This document shows positions 1 through 12,211 of a DNA stretch of 64,000 nucleotides, piece after piece. Where the stretch lies: assembly GCA_028534125.1 (NCBI GenBank), contig CM052816.1:7814001-7878000 (forward strand), read 5' to 3'. The notes under the pieces were generated by a model that had not been told where the DNA came from, did not search any database, and worked only from the letters and a program-made list of their open reading frames with translations. This DNA is from Lama glama (Eukaryota). The position numbers and the translations under genes are program-made. Positions within the stretch are counted from its first letter, which is position 1, and each line of letters begins with the position of its first letter.

Positions 1-1800
1 GTTAAGATCTGGGAGAAGACAGAAATCCAGGGAGGTGAGACGGCACTGAAACAGCATTTCCCTTAGTGGAGGATGGAGACTTAGCAGTGTTCCTGGCAGA
101 CTCAGTGTTATAAGACTACCAAGACCGAGAAGGTAAAACCCCTGCGTTTTGAGTCTGGGCTCCAAAGGGCACTCTTAGTTCAAGAGTGAACTAGAGCTGT
201 ACCAGTCCCAGAGACTGCAGCCCAGCTCTGAATCATCACAGTCCCTGAGACTGAATTAAGTTGTTCCAAACCTCCAGGCGCCTGGCAGAAGCACACTTAC
301 ATCCTCTCTAGAGGAGATTACATCATAATTCAGACTGTTATTCAAATTTCAAAGTTTTAATTCACATGTAATGTCCGATCATAACCAAAGATAAGCAACA
401 GTGAATAAAAGGCAAAATGACAAGAATGGAACCTTCAGAAACAACAGACAATAGAAAAAGATTTAAAAGGAGTTGTCAGACAGACATGCACTTTGAGTAA
501 CCTTGATTACTATGTTCGAGAAGAAAAAGAAACCCAAGACTGGGAATTTTGACAGAGAACTGGAAACTGTAAGAATACAACAGATTTTTTTAAAAAGAAC
601 TAAATAGAAATCCTAGAACTGAAGAATATAATAACTGAAATTAAAAATTCAATGAATGTGATTAACAGTAGATGAAACATACCTGAAAAAAGAATTACTG
701 AACCGGAGGATAGATCATAGAGAAAAAAACAAAACAAAACAGAATAAAGCAGATAGAAGTAAAAGGTTGGAAAATACAGAAAAGTAAATAACGGGGCATA
801 GAGGAAACAGTGACATGACAAAACATGCCTGCAATTGGAGTCCTAGAAAGAGAGCAGAGAGAAAGGGTCAGAAACAACATTAGAACAAGAAATAGCTGAG
901 AATTTTCCAAAGCTGATGGAAAGATATCAGTTCACAAACTAAAGAAGCCCTATGAAATCCTAGTGAGATAAATAAAATGAAATCCGTAGTTAGGTGCATT
1001 ATACTAAATCTGCTGAAAACCAAAGATATAGAGGAAAAAAAAAAAAGATTATCTTCAAATGAAACCCAATTAGCCTGACAGCTAATTTCTCAACAGAAAC
1101 AGTGGACTCTAGAAAACAGAAGAGTACCTTTAAAGTGAACAAAAACAACTGATGAATTAAGGTAAAATAAATTTTCAGATGAAAATACAGAACTAAATAT
1201 TCAATAACAATAAATAAACAGCAGAAGAAACAGAATTAAAGTGTTCTCATTTTCTGGCATTGTCTTGGAAAGGGTAAAAGAACCAAATAACATTGGACTT
1301 TGTTACATCAAGGATGTATATTGTCATCTCTAGCCATTTAAAAGTAGTAAAAGTGTATATAACTTCCAGAGAAAAAAAGAAAGGGAAGAAAAATAGAATA
1401 AGTGGGTCAAATTGAAAGCACATAAAGAGACAGCAGATTTAAACCCAAACTAACAAAAACTGTCAGAGTATAGATAAAAATGAAAACAAAGTATAAATAT
1501 ATATATTTTTCAAGAGACACATGGGGATTCAGAAATGTTGAAAGTAAAAGGAACCAAAGAAATACCATTTACTGTGAACTTTGTAAGCTAAGAGAGCTGG
1601 TCTTACTCTCAGATAAAGTAGACTTTTAGGCAAAAATTTAACTAGAGATACCAAAAGATAAAATGATTTTTAACTTTTATCTATCTAATCTCAGGATGGT
1701 AAGAAGAAACAGACAAATCTATAATTATGGTGGTAGAGTTCAACACATCTCTCTCAAATACTGATGAAACAAAAAGATTTTTAGAAATCAGCTAAGGACA
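1..1800 (+). mobile_element. Ancient degraded L1 (ORF1/ORF2-start region fragments)
   Basis: A-rich + strand with L1 ORF1-like remnants (gaaatagctgagaattttccaaagctgatg; ctgacagctaatttctcaacagaaac) and endonuclease-start remnants (ctcagataaagtagactttt; ggtagagttcaacacatctctctca). No intact ORF; boundaries approximate. Confidence 0.75.
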
Positions 1801-2150
1801 TAGATTTCTTAAACTAAAACTTTTCTACAGTATATGATTTCAAATAGAAAAGTACCAAAACTAGTGAAACATAAAAAGTTAACATTTAAATGATTTCCTC
1901 TCTGAATAACTGCATGTTCATTGAATGGTATGAGAGGAAAATAACTTTGATGATAATTACACGAGAATAAAGGGAAACACAACAGATTGCATTTAAAAAG
2001 CAAGTGCAAAGCAGAATAGTTTTAGGGGAGGAACAGGTAAGTTTCAGAACTGAATTCATGTATTAAGTCATTTCACCTAACTCAGAAAATAGAGAGCTGG
2101 CTCTAGCGTGCTCCACTGACAACTATAAATAGGCCATTCCTGTAAAGCAA

Positions 2151-2608
2151 TGGCAGCAAGCAGAATTCTAAGGTGGCTCCCATAACCTCTGTTCCCTGGT
2201 GTTACCCTGTGATTAGGTTAGGTCACAACAAGGGTGAAGGGATTCTGCAGATGTAATTAAGGTCCCAGAATTGCTGATTTTAAAGTAATCAAAAAAGATT
2301 ACCCTGGGTGGGTCTGACTTAATCAGCCCTCCTTTTAAAAGAGGGCTAAAACTTTCCCCGAGGTCAAAGATCCTCTTCTGCTGGCCTTGAGTTGCAAGAA
2401 ACACATCTGCCAACAGCCTGAAAGAGCTTCCCTAATGGATGCCCTAGATTGCAGCGCAGCCTGGCTGACACCTTGATTATGGCTCCTGTAAGGACCCAGC
2501 TAAACTGGGCTTGGACTCCTGACCCAAGGAAACTGTGAGATCATGAATGTATGTTTTAAGACACTAAATTGTAGTAATTTGTTATGATCGCAATTGAAAA
2601 CTAATACA
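2151..2608 (+). mobile_element. MaLR LTR (MLT1-type)
   Basis: Typical MLT1 segments (gattctgcagatgtaattaaggtccc; gctgacaccttgatt; aactgtgagat; aatttgttatg...gaaaactaataca 3' end). Confidence 0.8.
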
Positions 2609-2946
2609 GCAATACTATATCCTCCTGGGTTTGTTCTGTGGAGATGAAACTTCTAGAAACGAACAGCATTCTAGAAATCTACACAGAATTTAGACACTAA
2701 CTAGACACATAACCTACCTTCCATTTTACAGATGAGGGACATGACTTGCCCAAGGTCACGTAGCAAGGTAATGGCAGGGCCCAGGTGAGAACCCAGGCCT
2801 CCTGATTTTCAGTGCTCTTTTCAATTCCATCACTATCCTGTTTCAGATGAGAGCTGGGAGTAGAAGGTAGGGAGTCGAGTTGGAGTTGGAGAAAGCAGTG
2901 GTAGAGAATGAACTGATATAAAGAATGAGAGCCAACCAGGATTCTT

Positions 2947-3030
2947 CTTTTTTTTTTTCAACCTTATTAAGGTATAGTCAGTTACAATGTGTCAATTTCT
3001 GCTATACAGCACGATGTACCAGCCATCCAG
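2947..3030 (-). mobile_element. Short 5'-truncated L1 3' end with target-site duplication
   Basis: Poly(T) followed by antisense L1 3'UTR (gtatagtcagttacaatgtgtcaatttct), flanked by CCAGGATTCTT at 2936-2946 and 3031-3041. Confidence 0.75.
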
Positions 3031-4959
3031 CCAGGATTCTTGATTGTACCTTTTTACCATGTAAAAGCCTAAGGGGGACACTGATGCTCAGAGCCCTAAG
3101 CAACTTCACCAAAAGTGAGGCAGTGAGACGGTTTTCCAGGACCACACCCCCCCCCAAAAAAACAAAGCAAAGCAGCCTGTCAGAGTCACGCATGGCTATA
3201 GTACCACCCTTTGTGTTTCATCCCTTTGATTTAAATACAGATGCAAATCAATCTAGTGAAGAAGGTAATAGCTAAGCCACACAACTTATTTATTCCTCAC
3301 CGTGGGTAAGAACATCAGAGCCGAGAGGGAGAGAGATTGGAATCCTACTTAGAGTGGGAGAGTCCACCAAATTGGGAAAAAACCTGCATGCAAAGAGGAT
3401 GAAAGACTGGGAGAGGAGTGGACTTTGCCTGGGTTCCTGCTCTGCCCCAGCGCTGATTTTACACAGCACAGCTTACTTCTCCCTACAGGGTGCCTTCCCT
3501 CTCTACTCATCGCTGTAGATACTGAATAAACACTTCTGAAAGCAACAAATCCCAAGCTCCTGTATTCGGGTAAGGTGATGGAAGCTCTTCTGAGCGGAGA
3601 GAATACTTGGAAACAGCAGGGAATTATTTCCTAAACAGTCAGACTGCAGAGCAGTGTTAAAAGCCTAGCCTTAGAGGCCAGTTGCCTTAGGTGTAATTAT
3701 GGCTCCTCTTTCTAGCTGACCTACCTCGAATGAGTTACTTAAACTTCCTAATGCTTCCATTTTGTTAGTTGAAAGCCAAAACAAAAATGGGAAAATAATA
3801 GTATCTGCCTTGTAGGGTTAGGAGAATTCCAGGAGATAATCACATACAGTACTTAGTTAGCAGTGTTCTGACAAACAGTAAGCCGTCTAGAAATGTTCGT
3901 TCTATGATTAATCATTCCTGGCCAGAGGGACTCACTGGCCTAAGCAAATACCACCTGCTTGAGCTAGTTTGTTAGCATCCCTGACTTCAACTGTGTCCTT
4001 ACTTTGTCAACAAAGATGACAGATGCTTAATCCATATTAATGATTTTTAAAATCAGTCAGCAGGATTGATTAACCTGACCTATTCCTCCAGTCCGAGTAT
4101 GAAACTGGTAGCATAGCAATTCATTCTAATTCAATAAACATTTATGGCACTGTGATTAACAGTGGGGATTGAGGAGGGGGTGTGGAGATAGAGATAAATA
4201 AATTCAGTGTTTGCCTTTAAGAAGCTCACCCTCTTCTGGAGGAAAAGACATTAGTCACAGTTGCAAATTGCAATACGAGGCAGAGAAGTGGACTGAAGGC
4301 AAAAACCACATGCTGTCTCCAAAGAGGAAAGAAGAAAGAGTATTTGATCTGAATCCTGCTTTCCACCCTTATTAGAAATGTGACTTTGGACAAGTTATTT
4401 AAAATCTCTCAACCTCAGTCTTCTCATCTTTAAAATAGGGACACTAAAAACACTACATTGCAACATCCAGTTGTGAGGAGAAAATGAGATAGTACGTAGG
4501 GAGTGTGGAAAATAATAGATGCTCAAAAAAGGCTAATCCTCATGCCTTTGTTTTCGTCTAAGTAAAATAGAAGACTTTACCCCCAAAGGGGGGCCTTTGA
4601 TATGGGCTTTGAAGATAAGTAGGAGTTCAATAAACAGGAGTAGAATAAACAGAGATGATGAGATGCATGGTGTACTGGGAGCAGCCGTAGTCCTGGTGGC
4701 TTTGGCAAGAAGCTTAACCTTTTTAAGCTCAAGTTTCATTTGTAAAATGGAATAATAATCACTAATAATAGTAACTTCTTTACAGGGATGCCATGGAAGT
4801 TGAATGAGCTGATGCCCATAAGACAGTTACTCAGGACAATGCCTGGTACAGAGTAAGGGCTTCATAAATGTTAAATGGAGCTAGTGAACACAGCATGGCT
4901 CCTAAACTCACACAAAGTTCCACCCCACCATTAGTCTGGGCACCACGGCGGCTCTGCAT

Positions 4960-5290
4960 CCGATCTAGGAAACCACAGCGATAGTTTCATAAACAAACAG
5001 CCTTCGATAGTCTATCCCAGCTTTGACCCTCCACCGGAAACGCACACTCTCCACATCTGAACTGCAGCTAACAGTTAACTTTTGAGAGACTGCCAATGGT
5101 TATCCAACCGGTCTCACCACCAAGGAGTTCTCAGAGGAGGAAGGCAATAAAAGAAATGACTTCCTGCTGGCCGGCCAGCTTAACTACGCCAAAGTGGAGG
5201 AAAAGGCAGATAGGCAGGTGGCTTCCTGCAGGTGTGGCTTTAGTCCAGCGCTGCCAGAGCTCTGGGCAGATAGTCTGCTAGTGTTTCCTT
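4960..5290. promoter_or_regulatory. Candidate enhancer (ETS/GATA/RUNX/E-box motif cluster)
   Basis: AACCACA 4971, CCGGAA ~5034, ACTTCCTG 5159, AGATAG 5208 and 5268, CAGGTG 5215 and 5229, GCTTCCTG 5221, all in apparently non-repeat sequence. Motif evidence only. Confidence 0.35.
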
Positions 5291-5569
5291 TCCACTAGAC
5301 TCGGCGGCCAGAGGAGGCAGCTAGGACCAGCTCTGGGCCACTGATGCTGGAGGTGTCTCTTGAAGCATCTTGCAGAATGTGAACAATGAGGTAATGGTTC
5401 ACAGGGCAGTAGACTAGAGGGTTTACCAGCATCGCACCTCTTCCTAAGGCTCTACCCTCAGGAAGAGCCGGTGAAATTGTCAGGAAACATGGAGAATGAA
5501 GGCCAGACAGAGAGGGCAACTCAAGTACCGAGAAGGGGCCCACTGGCCACCTAGCAGCCTGGGGTCTCT

Positions 5570-5980
5570 GATGACCTGTGTCCCAAGGGCTGCTCCCACT
5601 TCGAGACCTTGGTGCTTGCTGCTCCCTCTTTTTAGAATGCTCTTCCCCTCAGATCTTCCCTTCGATGTTCAATGTCTCAATGGCCGTGATCTCAACTTAA
5701 ATGTTACTTCTTTGGAAAAGCCTTTCCAGACCACTCCATTAAATTACCACCCTCATCCACCAGCCATTCTGTCTCTTACTTTGTTTCATTTTCTTCATAC
5801 TCTTTTCACAGTCTAAAAATAGACTGTTTGCCTGTTTTTACTGGCCATCTTTGCCCACTCAAATGCAAGCACAAGGAGAGCAGAAGCATTGTCTCTTGTC
5901 TGCTGTGCCCTCGCACCCATCACAGGCCCCCGCACACAGTCACAGGGCCCAGTGAATGTAGGATTGACAAAGAAATGAAC
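5570..5980 (+). mobile_element. L2 3' fragment
   Basis: L2-like text (gcttgctgctccctct...agaatgctcttcccc; aatgttacttct...aagcctttcc; aaatgcaagc...gagagcaga). Confidence 0.6.
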
Positions 5981-7094
5981 AGGGACAGACCAGAGAACTT
6001 TAGATTTGAGCTTGACTCCTGGAACTCAGTTGGTGGGGGAGGTCCAGAAAGGATCCCCACCCCTGCAAGACGTTCAATGACTGAAAAGTCAGAACGTTAT
6101 CTCTAGATTAAAATGGCATCCTCTGATGTGGTCTCTGTACATTCGGGAGGGATCAGGGGCCCTCTTTCTTTCCCCGCCCATTCTGTAAATACCAGGCAGA
6201 GGAGCACTGGCCTTTCAGAATTACATCCTCTCGGCTTCCCACCTGCTGACTTGCTTGGGCTGGTGAGTCAAATTCAAGTTTTGATTCCCTGGGCTCAGGG
6301 GCTGGCATTGAGGGGTGTTTGGATGGGGGAGTTGCTGCCCAGAGTGTGGGCCTTTCTCCCTCTGTTCTCAGAAGAAGACAGAGAGGCTGATGAAAGGGGA
6401 GGAGGGGTCCCGCATATCAAGATCAGTATGAAAAGGCCATCCCAGCCTCACATTTACTCTTGGAAACAGTATTATGTATTAGCTAGCCTCAAGCATTTAC
6501 CACCTCAGCAAGGAGTCCATTTCACTGGGGACCTTTGTTCCAAATTGAGGGGCCAGAGGAAGGAATGCTCAGCGCACTGATCAAAAATGTGAAATAAATC
6601 AAGCCAGAGGAGTTTTTCCAGTGACTGGAGGTCCCTGAGGAGCACTCTGTTCTCATTTTATCCCAACTGGCTTCTATCTCCTCCAAAATTCTTAACAGTG
6701 CAAAGACTTGGTCCCTGCATGAGTTTCTATCTGCTCGTCTGTGGCTGGAAAAATGGAAAAACACCAGGATATCTCAAAGAGATCAGAAAGCAGCCAGAGC
6801 TGTTCAAGACTGCACGTACCATCTGACCCAGCCAATCACAGAGTCTTAGAAACCAACAGGGAGCCAGCAGAGAAACCCGGGCCAAATTCACAGCATCCTG
6901 TTTAAGCCTCTACCATCCATCATTGTTAGTTGCCAGTGACTAAGTGCCTGCTGCGTGCTGGACTGACAAAGGAGACTCTCCATGAGGTGGGCTGTTGGGG
7001 GACGGTGGTGGAGGAGGAGGGGTACCACAGTGGTGCCGATCACCCGCCAGGCTGTGTGATCCAGAGCCAGTCACCTTCCTAAAGTGGGCCTCAC

Positions 7095-7664
7095 TGTGGA
7101 TGGCTCGTGGAATGATGACCCCTCAAAGACGTCCATATTCCTTCCAGTCCTCAGAACCTTGAATCTGAAAAAGGAAGCATGACTCCGAGGGCGGAGCCAA
7201 GAGAACAGAAGCAAAGGGACTTTGCAGATGTGATTAAAGTTCAGAGCTTTGAGATGGGGAGGTTATCCTGGACTATCCAGGTGAGCCCAGACTAATCACA
7301 TGAACCCTTAAAGGTGAAAAGGAAGGCAGATGAGTCAGAGAAACAGAAGAAGGACTTGACTCACTATTGCTTACTTTGAAGATGGAGGAAGGGGGCAGTG
7401 AGCCAAGAAATGAAGTGGCCTGAGAAGCAGGGATTGGGCCTCAGCTTGCAGCCAGCAAGAAAGCAGTGGCCTTGGTCCTACAACCACAGGAGCTAAATTC
7501 TGCCAACAATTCTGCAGAGAACCAATTCTCCCCTAAACACTCCAAAAAGGAACGCAGACTGACGATGCCTTGATTTTATTCTAGGGGGATCCATACTAGC
7601 TTTTTGATCACTTTAAAAGCCATTAATTTGTGCTAATTTGTTACAGCATTAGAAAACAAAAGCA
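7095..7664 (+). mobile_element. MaLR LTR (MLT1-type)
   Basis: TGTGG start; gggactttgcagatgtgattaa; gagatggggaggttatcctgga; ctttgaagatggagga; cagccagcaagaa; taatttgttacagca...gaaaac end. Confidence 0.8.
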
Positions 7665-8629
7665 CGGTGTGATCCTGAGTAAGTCCCTCTTTCAAACTGG
7701 GCTTCAGTCTCCAGTCACCTGGAGAGGATACAAAGTGATCTCTGAGGGGCCAGCCAGCTCTCAAAGACTGACTCTGCTGTCCTGACATCCTACCCCACCT
7801 AGAGCCCTGCCCCAGGTCAGGTGGGGTTGGGTTGAAAACAGCCAAAGAAAGCACAGAAAAAGAATGAGGGAAAGAGGATTAATCTTTAAAAAGCCTCAAG
7901 CTGTCTCCTAAGGTGCCACCGAAGGTACTCAAGAAGAAGGATCTCCTGTTTTTAACTCCTCACGTCCTAGACCATACCCCAGAGGAACAAATCCGGAATT
8001 CTGGGAGGACTAGAAACATGCTTCACAATCCTCAGCAGAGGCTGTACCAGGACAGAGTTAAGAAGGATTCCCTTGCCTTGTGGAGGTGTCTTGAAAGTCC
8101 TGATTATCTGTGTCTGCCTGAGGCAGGGAATTAGAAGTAGTGATGTGTGTGCCAGCTATGTGTCATCATTAATTGAAACTGATTTGGGGAACCCAGTTTA
8201 GTCTTCTATTTCCTTCTCCCTCCTCCATTTCTTTCTGCCTGGTGTAGTAGGTCACCAGCAATTCACATGCCCAGTCAGTCACCCAGAGTCCAAACCAACA
8301 AAATAAGGACACTGTATCCATACACCACTAAGCAGTTTAAAGTACACGATTTAGTCACTGAATCTCTTTGGCTGCTGTTTATATGCCACACAAATACAAT
8401 TCTGACCTGTTCCCCTTCCCGGCTACCTAACCCTTAGCCTTTCTCTTGGATATACACCATTCTCACTTGAGGTTCACTGTCTGTTTCCTTAGTGAGCTGG
8501 AAGGGTGTTAAGGTCCCTAGTGATTCACTAGTCCAGTGGCTGCCAAATGTGCACTTAACTCCTCCAGGTCACCCTGTTAGTGAATGACAGGGGCAAGACC
8601 TGAACCCAGAGCCCCACAATTCCAGTGAG

Positions 8630-8855
8630 GTTCACAGGCCCTGGAGCCAAACTGCCTGGGGTCAAACTACAACCCTGCCACTTACTTCCTGGGTGATCTG
8701 GGTGAGTTACTATTTGTGCACCTCAGTTTCCTCATCTGTAAAATGGATGCAATGATGGTCTCTACGTCATAGGACTGTGGTCAAGACTAAATGGGTTAAT
8801 ACATGTAAAATGCTTAGAACAATGCCTGACTCATTGTCAGCACTCAATAAATGTC
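8630..8855 (+). mobile_element. MIR SINE (representative; many other MIR fragments are scattered through the window)
   Basis: MIR core cctcagtttcctcatctgtaaaatgg and 3' aatgcttagaacaatgcctgac...cactcaataaatg. Confidence 0.8.
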
Positions 8856-10399
8856 AAGTATAATCATTATTACATTATTCAGCTTACCTGGCCAATCAGG
8901 GCAGGGGTCAGCAGGGTGTGGCAATACCAACATTTACTCTTACAAACTGTGAGGGTGAGTACACGTGTTCATCTTTGATACCACTGCCAACTGTGGCAGT
9001 GTAAGACCAACCAAGATAAAGATCCTCTTTCCTGGGAAATATCTCCTATGTTTGTCTGTTTTAACCCATGGAAAAGAAACAGAAGCACTTTTTCTTTTTT
9101 TTAAAGAAGGCTCAGAATATGGCTTGGAAAGCATCTGAGGCTGTGACTACCTTTTTGCCCCCTTGGTCTGGCACTCTTGGGCCCAGTATGTGACCCAACC
9201 ACACTCGGCCCCTACAACCTCTGATTTGTTTTCTGTCTCAAACACCGCATCACAGCTCAGTGATTCTCAAGCCGGGCCAGAGAAGGGGACTCCCCAGGCC
9301 TTTTATGCAGTGGAGCCGACCGTGTTGACGCTCTGAGAGGACAGTGTTGGGAAGTTCTGATGCGGCATGACTTATAACCTCCATGGCATGATTCATAACC
9401 CCAAGACAGCTCGAAACAGGAGGTCTCAGCTGGAGCAGAGAAGCGCGTCTCTTTGGCCTTTTTTTTTTTTTTTCTGGTTGTAACTACAGAAGTCCATGAC
9501 GTCCTAAGGCTCAGCTGGCTGTCTCGTACATGCTCAGAGGATTGCTGAGTGGCCTGAATAACCCAAAGAGCATATAGTCAACCGCAGATACCTATCTGTT
9601 CCACCTCCACTTCCTCATTTTACAGATGGGAAAGGCGAGGTCCAGATAGGGAAATCCCTCAAGGTAACTCAGAGTGTCTCCTGACTCCCAGGGAGCTGCT
9701 CCCACCCCAACCCCTCACCGCGAACCCCATTCAAGTGTTCACAGTCCTTCTGAACTATTTACCCACTGCAGTGAGACCACACATCATAGCAAATGTTCAG
9801 GGAATCTTCACTACTTGAATGACTGAGCAGCAATCACCACTACAGCCTAAGGCTTTGAGGAATCTCTAGACAAATGGGACTCAAGAACCCTCAGGGGCCA
9901 ACGACTAGAACTATCAGGAAGATATAGATGGGGCGGCATGAGTAAGGAGAGCCCAGCCTGGCCACTCAGTCCAGGTAACAACCTTGACAGCTGTACAGGT
10001 TGTTAACGGTTTACACCTCTCACTCTTTGGCTCAGTAAGCAGTATTGGGCGCCTGTTCACCAGGCCCTGGCCAAGCGCTGAGGATGGGAAACAGCCTGTG
10101 CCCTTAAGGAACTGGTGGAGCGGGGTCAGGGGTGCAAGGCAACTGGCAATTGAAACGACCAACCGAGTCCTCAATAATGAAGCAGGAGGGAGCTTGGAAG
10201 GAGGGGTTCTCTCCAAGATACGATGCACATTCCCTTTCTCATCTGATTTGTGTGCAAAGAATATTTTCTCCGTTTCACAGATGGATAAACTGCTAGAGAC
10301 CGACCAGGGCTGGAATCCACCACTCCTGAATCCAAATTCCTGGTGCCTTCCACGCGGGGCTTTGAGAAAAGTAGGACAAACAACTGGCCGCTCTGAGTA

Positions 10400-11150
10400 G
10401 TGCAAAGACCCAAACTGCCAGCGCAGCGCCCACGGCGGGTGCTCAGGCCGGGGAACTGAGCCCTGACGCCGCGTCCGGAGAGCAAAGCGGCAGCAGAACC
10501 TGCCCGAGGAGGGGGCGCGCAGGGGCGCGCTTCCCGAGACGGCGGGGGCAGGGAGACGGGAGAGCAGCCCGCCTCCCGTGGGGCTGGAGCCCACCCATCC
10601 AAGCCCCGGCCTCCCGGAGCACCGGACTTAGGGGCGGACAGCAGGAGAAAAGAGAAATGCAAAACTGATGAAGAGAGAGAAATGAGGAAGAAGCGGAGAT
10701 AAAGAGCGAGCAGTTGCGAGGACACTGGGGGAGAGGCAGCACCAGAGCAGCCGGAGTCCCACGCACGACACCGGATAACCCACTCACCCCGAATCCACAC
10801 AGCAGCTTTGAAAACCCAGGGCCCCCACCGCAGCTGGATCTCGCCGGGTCTAAGAAAAGTTCCTGGGGCAGAGGCGGCTGGAGCGCTTCTCTGGAGATCC
10901 GGCAGCGGGGTGCCCCCTCCAGCCCTGGGATCTCGGCCGCGAGCGTGCCGTGGCTCCTCCGAGCCGGGCGGGCGGGAGCGCGCAGGAGCCGGGCTCGGGT
11001 GGCTCAGGAATGCGCGGCCGCCAGGGACCGCCCCCGGAGCGCGGGGCCCCGCTCGGCTCCGCCCCCCGCCCCCCACCCCCCACCCCGCGGGCTGCGGGAA
11101 GGAGACGGCCTGCCCGGGAAAGAAGAAACTGAGTCTCGGGTTTCCCCGAG
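10400..11150. promoter_or_regulatory. CpG island; probable promoter of a minus-strand gene (SMIM3 by synteny)
   Basis: Dense CpG/GC-rich tract in an otherwise CpG-poor background; GC boxes at 10631 (GGGGCGG) and ~11061-11073 (CCCCCCGCCCC). Confidence 0.8.
10788..11030 (-). other. SMIM3: Probable non-coding first exon of SMIM3 (5' boundary approximate)
   Basis: Strong minus-strand donor GG|GTGAGT (+ strand actcac 10782-10787) inside the CpG island, downstream of GC boxes. The gene name rests on my recollection that SMIM3 lies head-to-head with DCTN4 in mammals; no coding exon is in the window. Confidence 0.5.
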
Positions 11151-12069
11151 AGTGCAGCTTGTCACGCTCTCCCCGAGTAACCCTAGCAATCACTTCTGTC
11201 GAGGGGCTCCACTCTTTTGTATTGTAAACTGAGAGAGTTGACGTAAAATGTGGCCTCCATGAGCCGTTCCAGCTGTGGTCCCACACATGGGAGAGTCTAG
11301 CCCTTTAGCTTGGATGCAGTTTGGTTTGGAAGGAGGTTTGAATAGAGGAGCAGGACTCAAAGCTCCTGTTCGCAATGTACTGAGAGTAGGATCCTTGACA
11401 AGAGACTTGCCTCACTGACCGTTGCATCCTCTGTAAAGCAAGGACAGTAACACCTGTTTCCCAGTCCTGTTGTGAGGACTGAGTTGGAGGGCCAGTGCGA
11501 AGTTGGTTGGTTGTCAGCTGTAGCATGGCTCTGAGCCTCCTGTTTTTTGTGTGTGATGACAGTGAAATGGCCTAAGGTCCATTAGAGCTCAGCGTCTGAG
11601 AGGCCTCCAGGCCCTACTAACTCCCGGCCCAGCTCACACAGGACAGTGCCAACCAACTCTGCAGTCTCCTGCCCATAGAGGGAGACTCGCGGTCCCATCT
11701 GCGCACTTACAGTATCTAATTCAGGCGTCTAGCGTTCTTCCTTCTTGCTGTTCTAAAGAACAGGAGCTCAGGCCTTGAGCATCAGTGTGAACATGCGGAG
11801 TCTTGGAGCCCAGCTGAGTTTCAGTTTCTTCCTTTGCCCAGTGAGAACCATACTTGCCTTACTCAGGCCTAAATTTCATATGGTGAAGGACCGGAACTTA
11901 ATTAACCCTCCCTGTTTTCTCTGAATCAGGGTGAGCTCAGCAGAAATGACTTCTACATCATCACTACCAGATGCCAGTTTTAAAGAGAGAAAACATGGGG
12001 AGGAAGGGGATTGACATGAGAAGTGATTTGACAAGAGAGTTCTAGGAATCCTCACCCAATAACATGTTT

Positions 12070-12211
12070 GTTTGTTTGTTTGTTTTTAACATTTACATTT
12101 TTAACTTTTTTTTTTCATTTTTAAATTTTTTTAATGGAGGTACTGGGGACTGAACCCAGGACCTCTGGCATGCTAAGCGCATGCACCACCACTGAGCTAT
12201 TACCCTTCCCT
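12070..12211 (-). mobile_element. tRNA-Ala-derived SINE (Vic-1-like)
   Basis: Antisense head ggaggtactggggactgaacccaggacc...catgctaagc...actgagcta, T-rich tail, flanking AACATGTTT repeats (12061, 12217). Confidence 0.85.

Noticed and set aside
6113..6580. 155-aa + strand ORF
   Set aside because: No recognisable homology or splice context; consistent with a chance ORF antisense to the presumed SMIM3 intron.
9914..11286. Long overlapping ORFs (371, 226, 172 aa and others) on both strands
   Set aside because: They lie in a GC-rich CpG island where stop codons are scarce. The translations are low-complexity Pro/Arg/Gly/Ala text with no recognisable domain.
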